Shown here piece by piece: positions 16,437 to 28,400 of a stretch of 64,000 nucleotides of DNA. The notes under the pieces were generated by a model. The model did not search any database and was not told the origin of the DNA. It saw nothing but the letters and a program-made list of their open reading frames with translations. The DNA is from a virus. The translations under genes and the position numbers were made by a program. The number at the start of each line of letters is the position of its first letter. The stretch's first letter is position 1. The stretch lies in IMG/VR virus record IMGVR_UViG_3300020470_001313, positions 64,001-128,000 of that record; one strand, written 5' to 3'.

Positions 16437-19400
16437 TTAGCAAGTGCTATAGCACGGAAGTCAGAGATTAAAGGAACACGAGCTTGGTTTGTAGAACGCA
16501 TTACAATTTTAACTTGCATTGCGTTAAAGTTCAAACCTTTAACTTCATATTCATAGTCTTTCCAAAGTTCCTCTTCAGTAGCAGTTGAGTTATAGTTAGT
16601 CTGATAACCCATGTTGACCCACTGTTGCTCATCTATATTTCCAGTTGATCCAACAGGAACAACCTTATAATAGATTGAAATAGTAGTGTCAGGATGTCTA
16701 CTAGCAGCGAAAGAAACCGTCAAAGCAGTTGCCTTGGTTGCGAGTTTAGTAAGACGTGTAATGTATATAGCTTCGTTTGGATCGCCCTTCGCTACGGTTG
16801 ACCAGTCACTATTTGTACTGAATCCACTGTCACCACTTTGCATGAAATAACCTGATCCACTCGTACTAGAACTACTAATATTATTAATTCTATTAGAAGT
16901 AGTTATCAAAGAAGAACGGTCAAGGTCAATGACAGGTGATACGTTATCAGCTTCACTAGTTAATATACATTCCATAGTGAATGATTTATTACCACTTAAT
17001 TCATTGTCTTCATTGAGTTTAGAGCAAATCATACGAGGAGTTGGGAATACATTCTGTTCGTTTAGAATAACATCCTCAAATACACCATCGTTTATAAATG
17101 ATTGCTGAGTCATATTTGCTGCCTTACCATCATTCATGGAAGTACCAGTGACAGTATTACATCTAGCACGAATTGAGGTCTTAGGTAGAACCATAGTCTT
17201 CATGTTAGGTGTCAATACTTCAAACGGTAAGTTCTGAGTTGCAACACCGAATAAACCACCTGAACGTATGCCAGCAGTAGCAACAGAATCCAAGTGAAGC
17301 ATATAAGTGTCCATAGTAGGACAAGATATTGAGGTGTGAACCTTATTAATTTCTGTTAGAGGAACACCATCAATGTTGTAACAGAATACTGGTTCTGCAT
17401 TAGCATGAGCAGCAGCCGTAGTACCACCAGCACCTCTACCAGCAGCATTAGGTACTGTGACGGTCTTTCCATCAGAAGAAATTGCACTATACTGTATAAT
17501 TTCATCTTCAATTCTTAAGTAACCAGGATTACTTACAGAAATTGCAACACCATTAACTATCTGATGGAATACGCCAGCAGACTCAACACTAATTGAAAGT
17601 GCATCAGCAGCGAGAGCAGATGTTAATACGGTTGGAGCAATCTCAGATGTAATACCTGAAATTTCAACGTTGTTTGCACGATCATGCATACCGTGGTTCT
17701 GATGATAAATCCAGCACTCACGTTCTGCATTATTATATGTTGGTTGTGCAACTGGGTATGCGTTAACACTATCACCAACAGCAGTAACACCACCACTAGC
17801 ATGTCCAGTAGCAAATGCACCAGCAGCAGTACTATTTTCTTGGTCTATCTGATCGTTAGAAGGATCAAATACACCACTTACATAACGAACTGTTAGTTCT
17901 GAAGGAACACCTGATGAACCTTCAGTAAATCCTGTTATCTGTGCTCTAGTACCACTAGAAGATCCAACAACCCATCCACCTTCAACATTATTACCTGAAT
18001 CAGGAACAGTGAATGTACCTGTAACAGGGTGTGTTAGATATAAAGTAGCAGTAGCAGCAGAAGATACAATACCTTGAACTGTATTACCAGAGTTGTCTAT
18101 AGATCCTGATAACCAAGATCCTTTAATATCTGTAATCGTAATTGTGTCAGGATCAGTTGTACTGTTGAATGCTGTAACAGTTGCTTCAGCATTAGTAGTT
18201 TCCTGATACAGACGAGCACCAACTGATATAGTATAGTTAGTACCAGTAGCAAGTGTTAGAACCTGTTGTGGTTTCAATGTCTGAACTGGGTTCTCAACCA
18301 AAGTATGTGAACCAGCATTTGCTAATCCAAGTTCTGCATTTTCAAACTTAGCAAGACCACCAGCACTAGTATCAAACTTAGCACGGTAAATTGTAAACTT
18401 CAAATCTTCGTACTGGTCAGCAGTCCACGTAGATGCGTTCTGTGACTTGAATAGTACACCAGCATAAGGCTGTTCTGATATAGTTCTATCTCCACCAATT
18501 TCTAGGTCTCCCATTCGGGATATCCAAATAGTATATTCGTTAGAGTCTGATAGTAGAACGAAACAATATTCAGTTGACTGCTTAATATAAACAGGTGCTT
18601 GGAATGTAAACGTTGTAGATACAGCAGCATTATCAGAAATATCAACGTCCTCTGGGTTTAAACTAACGTCAGAGAAAGGTAGAATAACTTTAGAAGGATA
18701 ACCATTTTCCATAGCACGAATCTGCATGGAGATTGGAATGTTCTTATCCTTACTTCCAAAGTATACGTCAACCTTAGTTAGGAATACTCCACCCTCAGTG
18801 TCAACAATGAAGGATTGTGCAACAGGGTCATACCAACCAATCTGTCTAACCTCAGTTCTAGTAGATCTAACAGTACGACTATCTGTAACAGTATCCATAA
18901 CGACTTGAGCGTTACGTATTGAGTGGATAGTCTCTTGTACAGTAGTTAAAGTACCTCTTGCTGTAAAGTTTGCTTCAGCAGATGAATCAACTGTACCTGG
19001 AACTAGAGAGTTCTTTTCACTAGATGTAAATCTAATTTGTCTAATACCAGTTGCCCAACGTGGGTTTACGTTCTTAACTGGAGGTGGTATAAAGAAACAA
19101 CCTCTAGCATATCCACGCTTATCGGTAATAAGACGACGATCTTTAACAACTGCTTTTGCACCAGAAGTTAAACCAACTAATACTTCACCAACTGCAATGT
19201 TACCTCTTGCTTTATTGTTGGTAATCTTTGCCATCTGTGCAGCATTGTGGTTTAACAATGGTGTCTGAGATGAATAGGATGTTGGTAATGCCTCATCATC
19301 AGTTGAATATGGGTTAGTATCATATACACTGTTAGGTTTAAGAACTTTCAAACGACAGTCTGAAGTCATACCTTTAACAATCTCACCCACAACAAATGGA

Positions 19401-22400
19401 GTTTCATTTGTTCTAGCATCCTCAGTTGAGTTCTTAACTAACTCAATCAACTTAGGAGTAATATAATTACTAATCTTCTTCTTATCAAAGAAGGCATAAA
19501 GTCTTGTCTTAGGCTTAGCACGAGTAATAGTATAACGAATATTTCTGGATCTCATCCAAGGAATATTGGTTTGTGATAGAATTGTATCACCCTGTGACTG
19601 CCTTGTAATTCTAGGTACAACACGAGTTCTGATACCTAAACGAGTTTGGTTATTAGTAACTGTAAATTCACGACGTTGGTGTAAGAAGAATAGACCTTGC
19701 TGACGACCTGCGTGACCCAATCTACCTAATCTACGACCACCACCTAGGTTTGTTCTAGAACGGAAGTTACGACTAGATCTTAGTCTTTCACCAGTCCAGT
19801 TAGTTGTCCATCCAGTCCACTGAGTAGGAGCAAATCCATTCTTATCAACGTTAAGATCTCTTGCTACTTGTGAGAAGTCACCTTCAACGTTCTCAACACG
19901 AGCAGGTAGACGCTTAATGTCAACCCAGTCATCAGATGATGGAAGAAGGTCAACACGTCCAATGAATGTGAAAACGTTAAATGGGTTTACGTTCTCAAGT
20001 CTTGAAGCATATGGTTGTTCAATAATTGATTCACTCTCATAAGGAAGAGTAACAACTAATGCCTCTTCAATATCTTCAATATCAAATGGAGTCAATACTA
20101 CACCAGTTGAAGTAAGATGATTAAATTCTAATGGGCAGTTATTAGTATAATGAGAAGGTCTTAGATAACCATTCTCAATATCAATAGATGCTTTGTAATC
20201 TTCATTTAGAATATCACCAACAGTATGGTCAGTGAAATCATCTACAACATAACCATTCTTAAATCTGTTTAAACCATCCTCATCGTAAGTAGTAGCATTC
20301 TGTGTCTCAGTTTCTAAAAGAGATAGTGAAGTATAGTACTCAACGTTATCCAAGCGAGTTTCAATGTTACCAATGTCACGCATTGTGTAACGTCTGTTAT
20401 TTTCAGGCTCTACTAGAACATCTCTTTCTGGATCATAACAATATGGTTTATGTTCAAGAACTGCCAATAGCATTGCTGCATCCATATGGTCAGGTTCTTG
20501 AGGTTCTTCAGCAGACTTACCTTGAACAATAGTAAATTCTCCATCATGTGTGAGGAATAGTTTATCAATTCTTGGTAGGTAATAATCAAAGTCACAACGG
20601 AATGATGTACCAGTATCCATTATGTCAAAGACTGTTGAAGTAGCATCAAAGACACGAGATTCAAAGTCAAAACATGTACAAGTTACAAAGTATGGGTTAC
20701 CAACTGTACCAGAACCATTTGCAAGTTCTTTAACACCTGGTCTGAAATCAATGGTATCACGTAAGAACATAATACCGCCTTCTGGTTTCCAGTTAGGAAT
20801 TTCAGAATAATCTATACCAACGTATGACTGAGCATTAAAGTAATCTCCTGAAGACTCATGCTTGAAGTAGTCAAATACAATTGCTAATTGATGTCTTGGT
20901 TCTGAATATGATCTTCCACGAACAAGTCTTGATACATCATAGAAGTAAGAATCTTGTCCTGGTTGTAAATTAAACTGTACCGTAATATCAGTTGATCCAT
21001 TCTCAATAGCACCATCAGCATCAGAAACAAATGCTTGAATTGTTTCTGAATTACTATTAACACCTTGTATTAATTCACCAGGTATAAATGTTCCATCAAG
21101 AACTACATGATATAATTTTAGTGTTGATGATACAAAATCTACAACTGTAGCACGAGCACCTGATGTTTGACCTTCAATTATAGTACCAGTAGCAAAGAAT
21201 GCTGTTTCAACTAAAGTTACATAAGGAACCTTAGCAGCTTCACCATCTAGTGATTCATATACTGCATGGATCTTATAAACGTCATTTAAACCAAATGTAA
21301 TTTCCTCATCTTCAATACGAGTTCCATACTTGTTACTGTAACCCAATCCAAATAACTGTTGATCTTGCTTAGTTCTAGTCTTATTAACTGCTAGAACTTG
21401 CATTTTAGATGCAGTTTTAATTTTACGTTGGACTACAGACTTAGATAATGCAACTGTAGCTTTAATAGAAGTGATATTCTTAAGTCCAGTATTAGCACCA
21501 CCTGGAGATGTTAGCGTAGCAGTCTGTCTATCGGCACCAAATGTAATTGCAATAGTACCTGCATTAACAGCAGCTTCCATGTCAATTTTAGTACCTGGTC
21601 CAGCATAGTCGTTGTTACTACCACCACCTGTGTCAATGGTTACTACAAAGTTATCATTAGAGAATGTTTCAAACTGCTCATTCTCACCAAGAGTAATTGT
21701 TGTACCACCATTGTTAATACTGGTAGCATTGTAAGTTCTATAAACTGTGAAGGACTCGTCAGAAATTGACTTAATGGAGTGCTTCGGCATGTCAATGGTA
21801 AGGTTACCATTCTGATAGTTCTTAAGAAATACTCTAGGTCTCATACGACCTACTTGACTATAATCTCCATCTACAACAGTACCTATCTTATCTGCACCGT
21901 CGCATAATACAGTCTGAGCACCTGGTGTACCAAATATAACATTGGTTCCACTATTCTTATTAGAAGCATTGACGTTAATATCAGCCTGATTAACTTTTTC
22001 TACTCTAAATGTATTGTTACCTGTTTCATCAGATAGACCTACAGTTAGAACTTCACCTGGTCTTATATCAGCAGCATAGTTAGATGCAAATCCAGTCAAT
22101 TTTGTATTAGGTAATGAACCAGTTAATACAACATTATGAGTTGAACCTTCAATCTGTTCAACAGTATTCAATAGAAGATCAGCAGTAAATACTACTTGTG
22201 AGTTTAATGCTAAATCTGCACGTCCTACAACAGAACGAGTATCGGTAAATTCATATTGCCAAAGAGCACTAATAGAAGTTAATCCAACACCATCTAATTC
22301 AATAGTTTCTCCTTGTCTGAATGTACCCTTAACATCTGTTAATTGAATAGTAGTTGTACTAATGGCACGAATAGAACCAATAGCACCTGAAGAAGCACCC

Positions 22401-23887
22401 TTAACTATCATTCCAGTTTCATTAAGAGTTGCTGATACATCAGCAGCAGTATTCAATACTGTATACATTTGCACGTCAAAGACGTGTAACTCATGACCTT
22501 CAGTAGCACCAGCAATACCACCATTAGTGATATTGTTACTTAACTGAGCACATCTTGCAAAACCTATAATATTACCTTGAGGTGTACCTTCACCAGCAGC
22601 ATCCCAGTCATCACGTAATTCAAGAACCTGATAGTTATAAGTTACGTTTGGACCTGTAAGTAATGGCCAACCATATACGTTAGTAACAAGAACTGACTGT
22701 GCAAGTTCAAAAGGAATAATTGTGTTTTGAACTGCCTTAGTATCTCTTGCTTTTGGAATATCAACATAATTTGGTGCAAGAGTATGAAGTCTATAACCTC
22801 TTACATACGCTTTACCTGGAGCAATCTCAGCAGCAAGATATTCATCTGATGCTGCTAGTCCAGCATCAGAACTTTCATCCTGTTGATACACACCATTATT
22901 AAATCCATCATCCTTATGCTCACGCATAGTGATTTCAAAACTATCAAGAGCATAATCTCCAGACTCTTCGTAAGTACGAATCGCCATTGATCTTTCAAGT
23001 TCTGAGTATGCAGTCTTTTCAACAAACTCTTGTACCTTAGAGTTCTTAAGACGCAACAATTCTATAAAGTTCTTATCAGAGTCATCGTCTATAGCTTTCT
23101 TAACCAGAGAAGTTCTAATTCTAAATCTATGACCACCTGGAGCAGAATAGTTTGACGTACCTGCTGCGTTATCATTTAGAGATGGATCATCCTCAGAGGT
23201 AATAATAGATTCTGATACCTCAAGTCCTACTCTGTATGATGGAGTATTTGTGTACTGATCTAGAATAATATAACCAGTAGGAACATCTACAAAATATCCA
23301 CGAATGAAATATACACCTTCGTTAATATATGCTGCTGAAGCAACTGCTGTAGCATTATCTGGTAACATCTGAGCGAAAGGTGAACCCATCTCAATCAATG
23401 TAGTACCAAAAGTGATGTCAGCATCTGCCATCAATTGCTCATTATTTTTAAATTCCTTAACATCTGTATCAGAAGTAGAGTCAGCACTATCAATATACTT
23501 AACGTATAGTGTAATGTATCCTTTATCTGATGTACTTGATGATATAGAATATAATACCTTTGCCTTAATACCTGTCGTAACACCAGTAATTAACTTACCT
23601 GTCAACTGTTCTCTATACAACTCAACGTCAGCCCCTAAGAAGTTTTGTTGTAAAAGAATAGCAGAAACATTTAAGTCATAACCAATTTGACCAGGTATAA
23701 CCATCGCACCTTCTTTAAAGAAGTGCGTTCCCATGTTCTCAATCTGATTCTGCATGATTGATTGCATGGTCGTGAGTTCACGAGCCTGGATTGGAAACCC
23801 TGGTCGGAACAGCACCTTGTAAAAATTTTTATCCTTGTCAAAGTCGTCGTAATACGGCGTGACATTCAGGTTAGTATTCTGTGGCAT
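16433..23887 (-). CDS. Large virion structural protein, DUF4815/VrlC-like (2,484 aa)
   Basis: N-terminal NLNVTPYYDDFD...KVLFRPG.PIQARELT, NRFKNGYVVDDF, DPVAQSF, GVLFKSQNASTW and C-terminal P.ISDFRAIALA. Confidence 0.85.
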   Translation of the reverse strand: MPQNTNLNVTPYYDDFDKDKNFYKVLFRPGFPIQARELTTMQSIMQNQIENMGTHFFKEGAMVIPGQIGYDLNVSAILLQQNFLGADVELYREQLTGKLITGVTTGIKAKVLYSISSSTSDKGYITLYVKYIDSADSTSDTDVKEFKNNEQLMADADITFGTTLIEMGSPFAQMLPDNATAVASAAYINEGVYFIRGYFVDVPTGYIILDQYTNTPSYRVGLEVSESIITSEDDPSLNDNAAGTSNYSAPGGHRFRIRTSLVKKAIDDDSDKNFIELLRLKNSKVQEFVEKTAYSELERSMAIRTYEESGDYALDSFEITMREHKDDGFNNGVYQQDESSDAGLAASDEYLAAEIAPGKAYVRGYRLHTLAPNYVDIPKARDTKAVQNTIIPFELAQSVLVTNVYGWPLLTGPNVTYNYQVLELRDDWDAAGEGTPQGNIIGFARCAQLSNNITNGGIAGATEGHELHVFDVQMYTVLNTAADVSATLNETGMIVKGASSGAIGSIRAISTTTIQLTDVKGTFRQGETIELDGVGLTSISALWQYEFTDTRSVVGRADLALNSQVVFTADLLLNTVEQIEGSTHNVVLTGSLPNTKLTGFASNYAADIRPGEVLTVGLSDETGNNTFRVEKVNQADINVNASNKNSGTNVIFGTPGAQTVLCDGADKIGTVVDGDYSQVGRMRPRVFLKNYQNGNLTIDMPKHSIKSISDESFTVYRTYNATSINNGGTTITLGENEQFETFSNDNFVVTIDTGGGSNNDYAGPGTKIDMEAAVNAGTIAITFGADRQTATLTSPGGANTGLKNITSIKATVALSKSVVQRKIKTASKMQVLAVNKTRTKQDQQLFGLGYSNKYGTRIEDEEITFGLNDVYKIHAVYESLDGEAAKVPYVTLVETAFFATGTIIEGQTSGARATVVDFVSSTLKLYHVVLDGTFIPGELIQGVNSNSETIQAFVSDADGAIENGSTDITVQFNLQPGQDSYFYDVSRLVRGRSYSEPRHQLAIVFDYFKHESSGDYFNAQSYVGIDYSEIPNWKPEGGIMFLRDTIDFRPGVKELANGSGTVGNPYFVTCTCFDFESRVFDATSTVFDIMDTGTSFRCDFDYYLPRIDKLFLTHDGEFTIVQGKSAEEPQEPDHMDAAMLLAVLEHKPYCYDPERDVLVEPENNRRYTMRDIGNIETRLDNVEYYTSLSLLETETQNATTYDEDGLNRFKNGYVVDDFTDHTVGDILNEDYKASIDIENGYLRPSHYTNNCPLEFNHLTSTGVVLTPFDIEDIEEALVVTLPYESESIIEQPYASRLENVNPFNVFTFIGRVDLLPSSDDWVDIKRLPARVENVEGDFSQVARDLNVDKNGFAPTQWTGWTTNWTGERLRSSRNFRSRTNLGGGRRLGRLGHAGRQQGLFFLHQRREFTVTNNQTRLGIRTRVVPRITRQSQGDTILSQTNIPWMRSRNIRYTITRAKPKTRLYAFFDKKKISNYITPKLIELVKNSTEDARTNETPFVVGEIVKGMTSDCRLKVLKPNSVYDTNPYSTDDEALPTSYSSQTPLLNHNAAQMAKITNNKARGNIAVGEVLVGLTSGAKAVVKDRRLITDKRGYARGCFFIPPPVKNVNPRWATGIRQIRFTSSEKNSLVPGTVDSSAEANFTARGTLTTVQETIHSIRNAQVVMDTVTDSRTVRSTRTEVRQIGWYDPVAQSFIVDTEGGVFLTKVDVYFGSKDKNIPISMQIRAMENGYPSKVILPFSDVSLNPEDVDISDNAAVSTTFTFQAPVYIKQSTEYCFVLLSDSNEYTIWISRMGDLEIGGDRTISEQPYAGVLFKSQNASTWTADQYEDLKFTIYRAKFDTSAGGLAKFENAELGLANAGSHTLVENPVQTLKPQQVLTLATGTNYTISVGARLYQETTNAEATVTAFNSTTDPDTITITDIKGSWLSGSIDNSGNTVQGIVSSAATATLYLTHPVTGTFTVPDSGNNVEGGWVVGSSSGTRAQITGFTEGSSGVPSELTVRYVSGVFDPSNDQIDQENSTAAGAFATGHASGGVTAVGDSVNAYPVAQPTYNNAERECWIYHQNHGMHDRANNVEISGITSEIAPTVLTSALAADALSISVESAGVFHQIVNGVAISVSNPGYLRIEDEIIQYSAISSDGKTVTVPNAAGRGAGGTTAAAHANAEPVFCYNIDGVPLTEINKVHTSISCPTMDTYMLHLDSVATAGIRSGGLFGVATQNLPFEVLTPNMKTMVLPKTSIRARCNTVTGTSMNDGKAANMTQQSFINDGVFEDVILNEQNVFPTPRMICSKLNEDNELSGNKSFTMECILTSEADNVSPVIDLDRSSLITTSNRINNISSSSTSGSGYFMQSGDSGFSTNSDWSTVAKGDPNEAIYITRLTKLATKATALTVSFAASRHPDTTISIYYKVVPVGSTGNIDEQQWVNMGYQTNYNSTATEEELWKDYEYEVKGLNFNAMQVKIVMRSTNQARVPLISDFRAIALAK

Positions 23888-23901
23888 CTTAGGGACTTAT
23901 A

Positions 23902-25434
23902 TTAGAATTCAATAACAACTTTAATGTCTTCAATCTGGTCGTTAGCACGAGAAATCGTACGTCTATTATCTATGTAGATAAGGTTACCAGAGTTAGACTC
24001 TATCTCAGGTTTTGCATAACCAGAGGTAAATCTCATACCTAGGTCATATTCGGTATTGTTAATAACACGAGAAGAAGTGTTAGGAACAGCAGGGAAGTTC
24101 ACATCTGGGTCGCCAGAAGCACCAGAAGAAGAACCTTGAATGGCATTAGAACCATCAAACTCGTTCAGAGAACCAGTAACAGCAGGGAAAATACCATCAA
24201 CTCTATTTTGATAATACTTAAGAACCTTAGTTGTTGAGTTCCATGAAATAACCTTACCAGTTGCAGTAACAGACTGACCACCTACAATACGAGTTTGAGT
24301 AATTGTTTCGTCAGGAATAAAGTTACCTTGGAAGGTTGTTGGGAAGATAACTGCTCTTGCAGCAGATAATGTTAGGTCAGAAAGAAGTTCGGTAGTACCA
24401 TACTTCTTAGGATTAGTGCAAAGACCAATACGACGATAATCGTTATCAATCGGGAAGTCTCCAGCACCTTCATCATATGATAGCTTTGCGTTTACCATAA
24501 CACGGTAAGCACCCACTTCCACTACAGGGTCTTTACCATGACCACCAGGAGGTGGAATGATAACATCAATTTGTCCACCTGTTCCAGTACCAATACCAGA
24601 AACAGCGTTAACAGTTACTTTACCAAAGGAATATCCAGTACCACCAGATGTCACAGTAGCAGAAATAACACGTCCACCATCAACTACGATAGAAACACGA
24701 CCACCAGTTCCGTCTCCAGCAATTGCTACGTTATCGTATGTACCATTGTTATAACCTGAACCAGATGAAGTAATGACAACAGTGTCAATTTCACCAGCAA
24801 CAGCATTAGAACTTACTGAAGCATCACTGAATACAGGCATGTAATCAGCAGAGAAGAACTTCAGAACCTGTGCGACAGGAATAGTATACATATACTTCCA
24901 ACGATACCCGTCAGAAGTAGTGATGATGGATGTAGAAGTACCAGTAGGTTCAATGGTAGAAGGCTTACCATTAGGGTCAGCAGGACTAGTACCGTTATAG
25001 ATGCACTTATAAACTTGGTAATTGGAGTTAACGACATAGAAGTCAGAGTCATACAACTTGGTAGCACCAGATGATGCTGTGTTAGTTGGTGAATAGTCAT
25101 GACGATACATGTCATAAGTATAACCCAAACCACCAGTAGTTTGCTCTGGGGGAATCCAGTCAATACGACGTACAACTTGAATCGTGTCGGCAGCAAGAAC
25201 ACGCTTCAATGACATCATATCATCGTAAGCATCAGAGAACTCATCAAATGAGTCAACCGCCTGGGGTGGGGAATTTTCGTTGTCCCATTCTTGGGGACGA
25301 CCAATAAAGATGTAAAGACGATCCCTATCGTCACCAGCAACTGTGTCACTTGCCAGAGGATCTGGTCCTTCCAGTGACTTAATAAATTTTTGTGCTGTAA
25401 ATATTCTGAATTGATCAGTAAGTAGTGCTGCCAT
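23902..25434 (-). CDS. gp8: Baseplate wedge subunit
   Basis: LYIFIGRPQEW, YDMYRHDY, YQVYKCIYN, DGYRWKYMYTI, SGNLIYIDNR...EDIKVVIEF. Confidence 0.93.
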   Translation of the reverse strand: MAALLTDQFRIFTAQKFIKSLEGPDPLASDTVAGDDRDRLYIFIGRPQEWDNENSPPQAVDSFDEFSDAYDDMMSLKRVLAADTIQVVRRIDWIPPEQTTGGLGYTYDMYRHDYSPTNTASSGATKLYDSDFYVVNSNYQVYKCIYNGTSPADPNGKPSTIEPTGTSTSIITTSDGYRWKYMYTIPVAQVLKFFSADYMPVFSDASVSSNAVAGEIDTVVITSSGSGYNNGTYDNVAIAGDGTGGRVSIVVDGGRVISATVTSGGTGYSFGKVTVNAVSGIGTGTGGQIDVIIPPPGGHGKDPVVEVGAYRVMVNAKLSYDEGAGDFPIDNDYRRIGLCTNPKKYGTTELLSDLTLSAARAVIFPTTFQGNFIPDETITQTRIVGGQSVTATGKVISWNSTTKVLKYYQNRVDGIFPAVTGSLNEFDGSNAIQGSSSGASGDPDVNFPAVPNTSSRVINNTEYDLGMRFTSGYAKPEIESNSGNLIYIDNRRTISRANDQIEDIKVVIEF

Positions 25435-25457
25435 GGCCTATGGGGTTTCCTCCGTTT

Positions 25458-25465
25458 TATTTATA
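25458..25465 (-). promoter_or_regulatory. T4-type late promoter TATAAATA
   Basis: Perfect consensus upstream of gp8, followed by GGAGG. Confidence 0.85.
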
Positions 25466-25466
25466 C

Positions 25467-28400
25467 TCAGTCGTTGCGGATACTTGTATCATAGCTTATA
25501 CTCTTTATTCTCCAAGAAGCACCACCCGCACCAACGAGCTTCTCACCACCGAGGATAACCTCAGCAACTGCACCGCTTCCTGTAGTATCAATACCTGCAT
25601 TTGTAAAGGTCACAGTAGGGTGCAAAGTACCTGCTGTAACTACTTTCTTATATCCGTAACCACCATTAGTCACAGTTAAAGAACCAACCTGGTCACCGTC
25701 AGATGTCATATTAACAACTGCTTGTGCTTGTATCTCACCAGAATTTTCAATTACAACTGTTGGAGTTGCAGTATAATCAAGTCCTGGTTCCAGTACCCTA
25801 ACCTCTGTCACAGTAGAATCATCAGAGAACTCATAGAAATAACCATTAGTTCCGAGGTTTAGATTATTAGTAAAGTATGGAAGTGGGTTGATAAGAACGA
25901 GAGTTCTAGTTGCTTGTTCCCATGATTCCACGGTTGCTTGAATATTAGAACTTTGTCCTGTTACAGTCTCACCTACAACAAATGCTACACTATTAGTATC
26001 TGTTGATGCTAATTTTACTCTTATTCTAGCAGTATGCTCAACACCATCTCTTAATGCTCCAGCAGATTCAACCGTGGAATATTTAAATGGTATAGAAGCA
26101 TCTTTTACTTGGTCACCTATGGCAAAGATAGTAGTGTTTTGTCCACCAACGGTTTCTTCAATACCATATAATGAACTATGTATTCCACCATCAAGGTTAA
26201 TTTGGTCAGCATAATCTGTACCAGTATTAACAACATCAGGAATACCGTCACCAGCACCTGATGCCTCATCATCATCTTCAAACTTTTTATCAGTTAAAAT
26301 TAACTGATAAACTACAATTTGATCACCAATAGAATCAACTATAACATGTGGTAGTTGTGTGTTAGATGATGCATTAGGAGTACCACCATCAAAAGCAACT
26401 GTTCTATCTGATGTTGATGGGATACCAGCATCAATGAATGCCAACTCATCAACTTCAAATACAATTAACAGTTCTCTACTTACTGGGTTCCAGTCATAAA
26501 CTTTAGCAATCTTATTACTTGCACTCTCAACCCTACGAACTAATCTATCTCCAACATTAAATTCGTATGTTGATACACCATCAACGTTCTGAATACCATC
26601 AACTATAACTCTCTGGTCATATCTGAAGTTAGTACCTCTAGTACATCCTAAAAATTTCTTTTCATTTTTACTAGTATATTCAATAATCTCCTTACCGATC
26701 ATGAATTTACCAGAGCCAGGATAGGCATCAGTATTATGTACGACTACTTCATCATCGTTAGTATCAAGAGATTTTTGAAGACCAGTAATAAAGAAACTAG
26801 CAGCATTAAAAGACTGACGATTTCTAACCTTTCTTTTTACATTAACTAGTTTAGTGAATATAATATTAGGTGCTGAAGTATATCCTCTACCTGGATCAGT
26901 AACATCAATACCTACAACTTCACCTTGTTCAATTCTTGCAGTTGCTCTAGCACCGACTCCACCACCACCTTGAATATAAACATATGGTGGTTCTTGATAG
27001 AACCTACCTGGATTAGTAACAGCAATATTAGTAATAATACCACTATAATCAATGTTAGCAACACCCTCAGCATCTTGTCCACCACCACCTTGGAAGAAGA
27101 GAGTCGGAGGAGTTATATAACCAGAACCAGGATTATCTAATGATAGACCACTTATAGACTGTGTTACGGGAGTAGCAGCTGCACCAGTACCTTCACCACC
27201 AAGTATATCTGCTCTTGCTTCACCAAAATATCCATCACCACCAGCAATCATCCTAACATATTCTACCTGACCTGCATTAGTTTCACTAAGAACAACTTCT
27301 GCTCTAGCACCGCTAGGTACTTCAGCAGCTTGTACAGGAGGATCTTCACCCTTTCTAACCACTCCACCATAATAAGTGTTACCAATAGCATAAGGATACT
27401 CAGGAGTACTATCAGATGCTGTTGTCATAAAGTATGCATAAGTTCCATTTGGATACTCAGGAGTTACACAATACCTACCATTATGTTCATCAAGATCACC
27501 TTCAGTAGCATCCCAAATATAGTCTTGAATAAATGTACCAGCAGGATAATTTAGAATATTAGTCTTATTACCCATGTTAGGATGCATGTAACAGAAGTAA
27601 TGTAAATTAGCAGGTGCAAACCAAGGAACTGTAATTACAAGTTTTCTTGTTGTAGCAGAATTATAATTACTAACATACTGGGCATATGTTACTGCATTAC
27701 CATTAATATAATACGTAACACCACGTTCGTAAAGAACATCTTGATCATATAAAGTCTGACTATCTGCATGCCAACCTTGCTTACCTTCTTCACCAGCAAA
27801 ATCTGTTAGTAGTAATGTATGATCATCATTACTTGAATCATCTAAATTAAATGTAACTGTATCACCACGATTGATAAGTTCAATAGGTGCTTCAACTCCA
27901 TTAAGGAGGAACTTACCATTAGCAGCAGTTACAGTATAAGTTGTATTAGTAGGTGTATTGATCCCTACTCTATTACCATCAATCTCAACACCTGTTTTTA
28001 ATCTATAACCTGTATCAATTCTCTTAATAGCAGACTGATCATCTAATGGTGTAGTATAACCAAATGGTCCATATATTGGATAACCATCATAGGATATACC
28101 TAAAATCTTACTGTGACCATTAGCATGACGTGACTTATCTCCACCAAAATTAGATTCACTATAATAAGTCTTAATTGTAAATAAACTATTACTAGCAGAG
28201 AATGAATCAACTACTTTAGCATCTTGAAACAAATATAAGTGACTACTATTAGGATAACCATGATAAGCATCATGATCTCTATAATTTATCTTAATCTGAT
28301 CAAAATTAAATCCAACAGGAGGAGTACCATCTGATCCTGCATCTGGAGATATTAATGGTGAACCATTGGCAAGTAATCCAACCTGTTCTGGAAGACGATT

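Noticed and set aside
24861-25202. 113-aa hydrophobic +1-frame ORF inside gp8 (holin-like at first glance)
   Set aside because: gp8 appears to have few NTA codons and more C-ending codons throughout, so an open +1 frame is expected; no local anomaly or charge pattern. Worth including as a control in the synonymous-constraint test.
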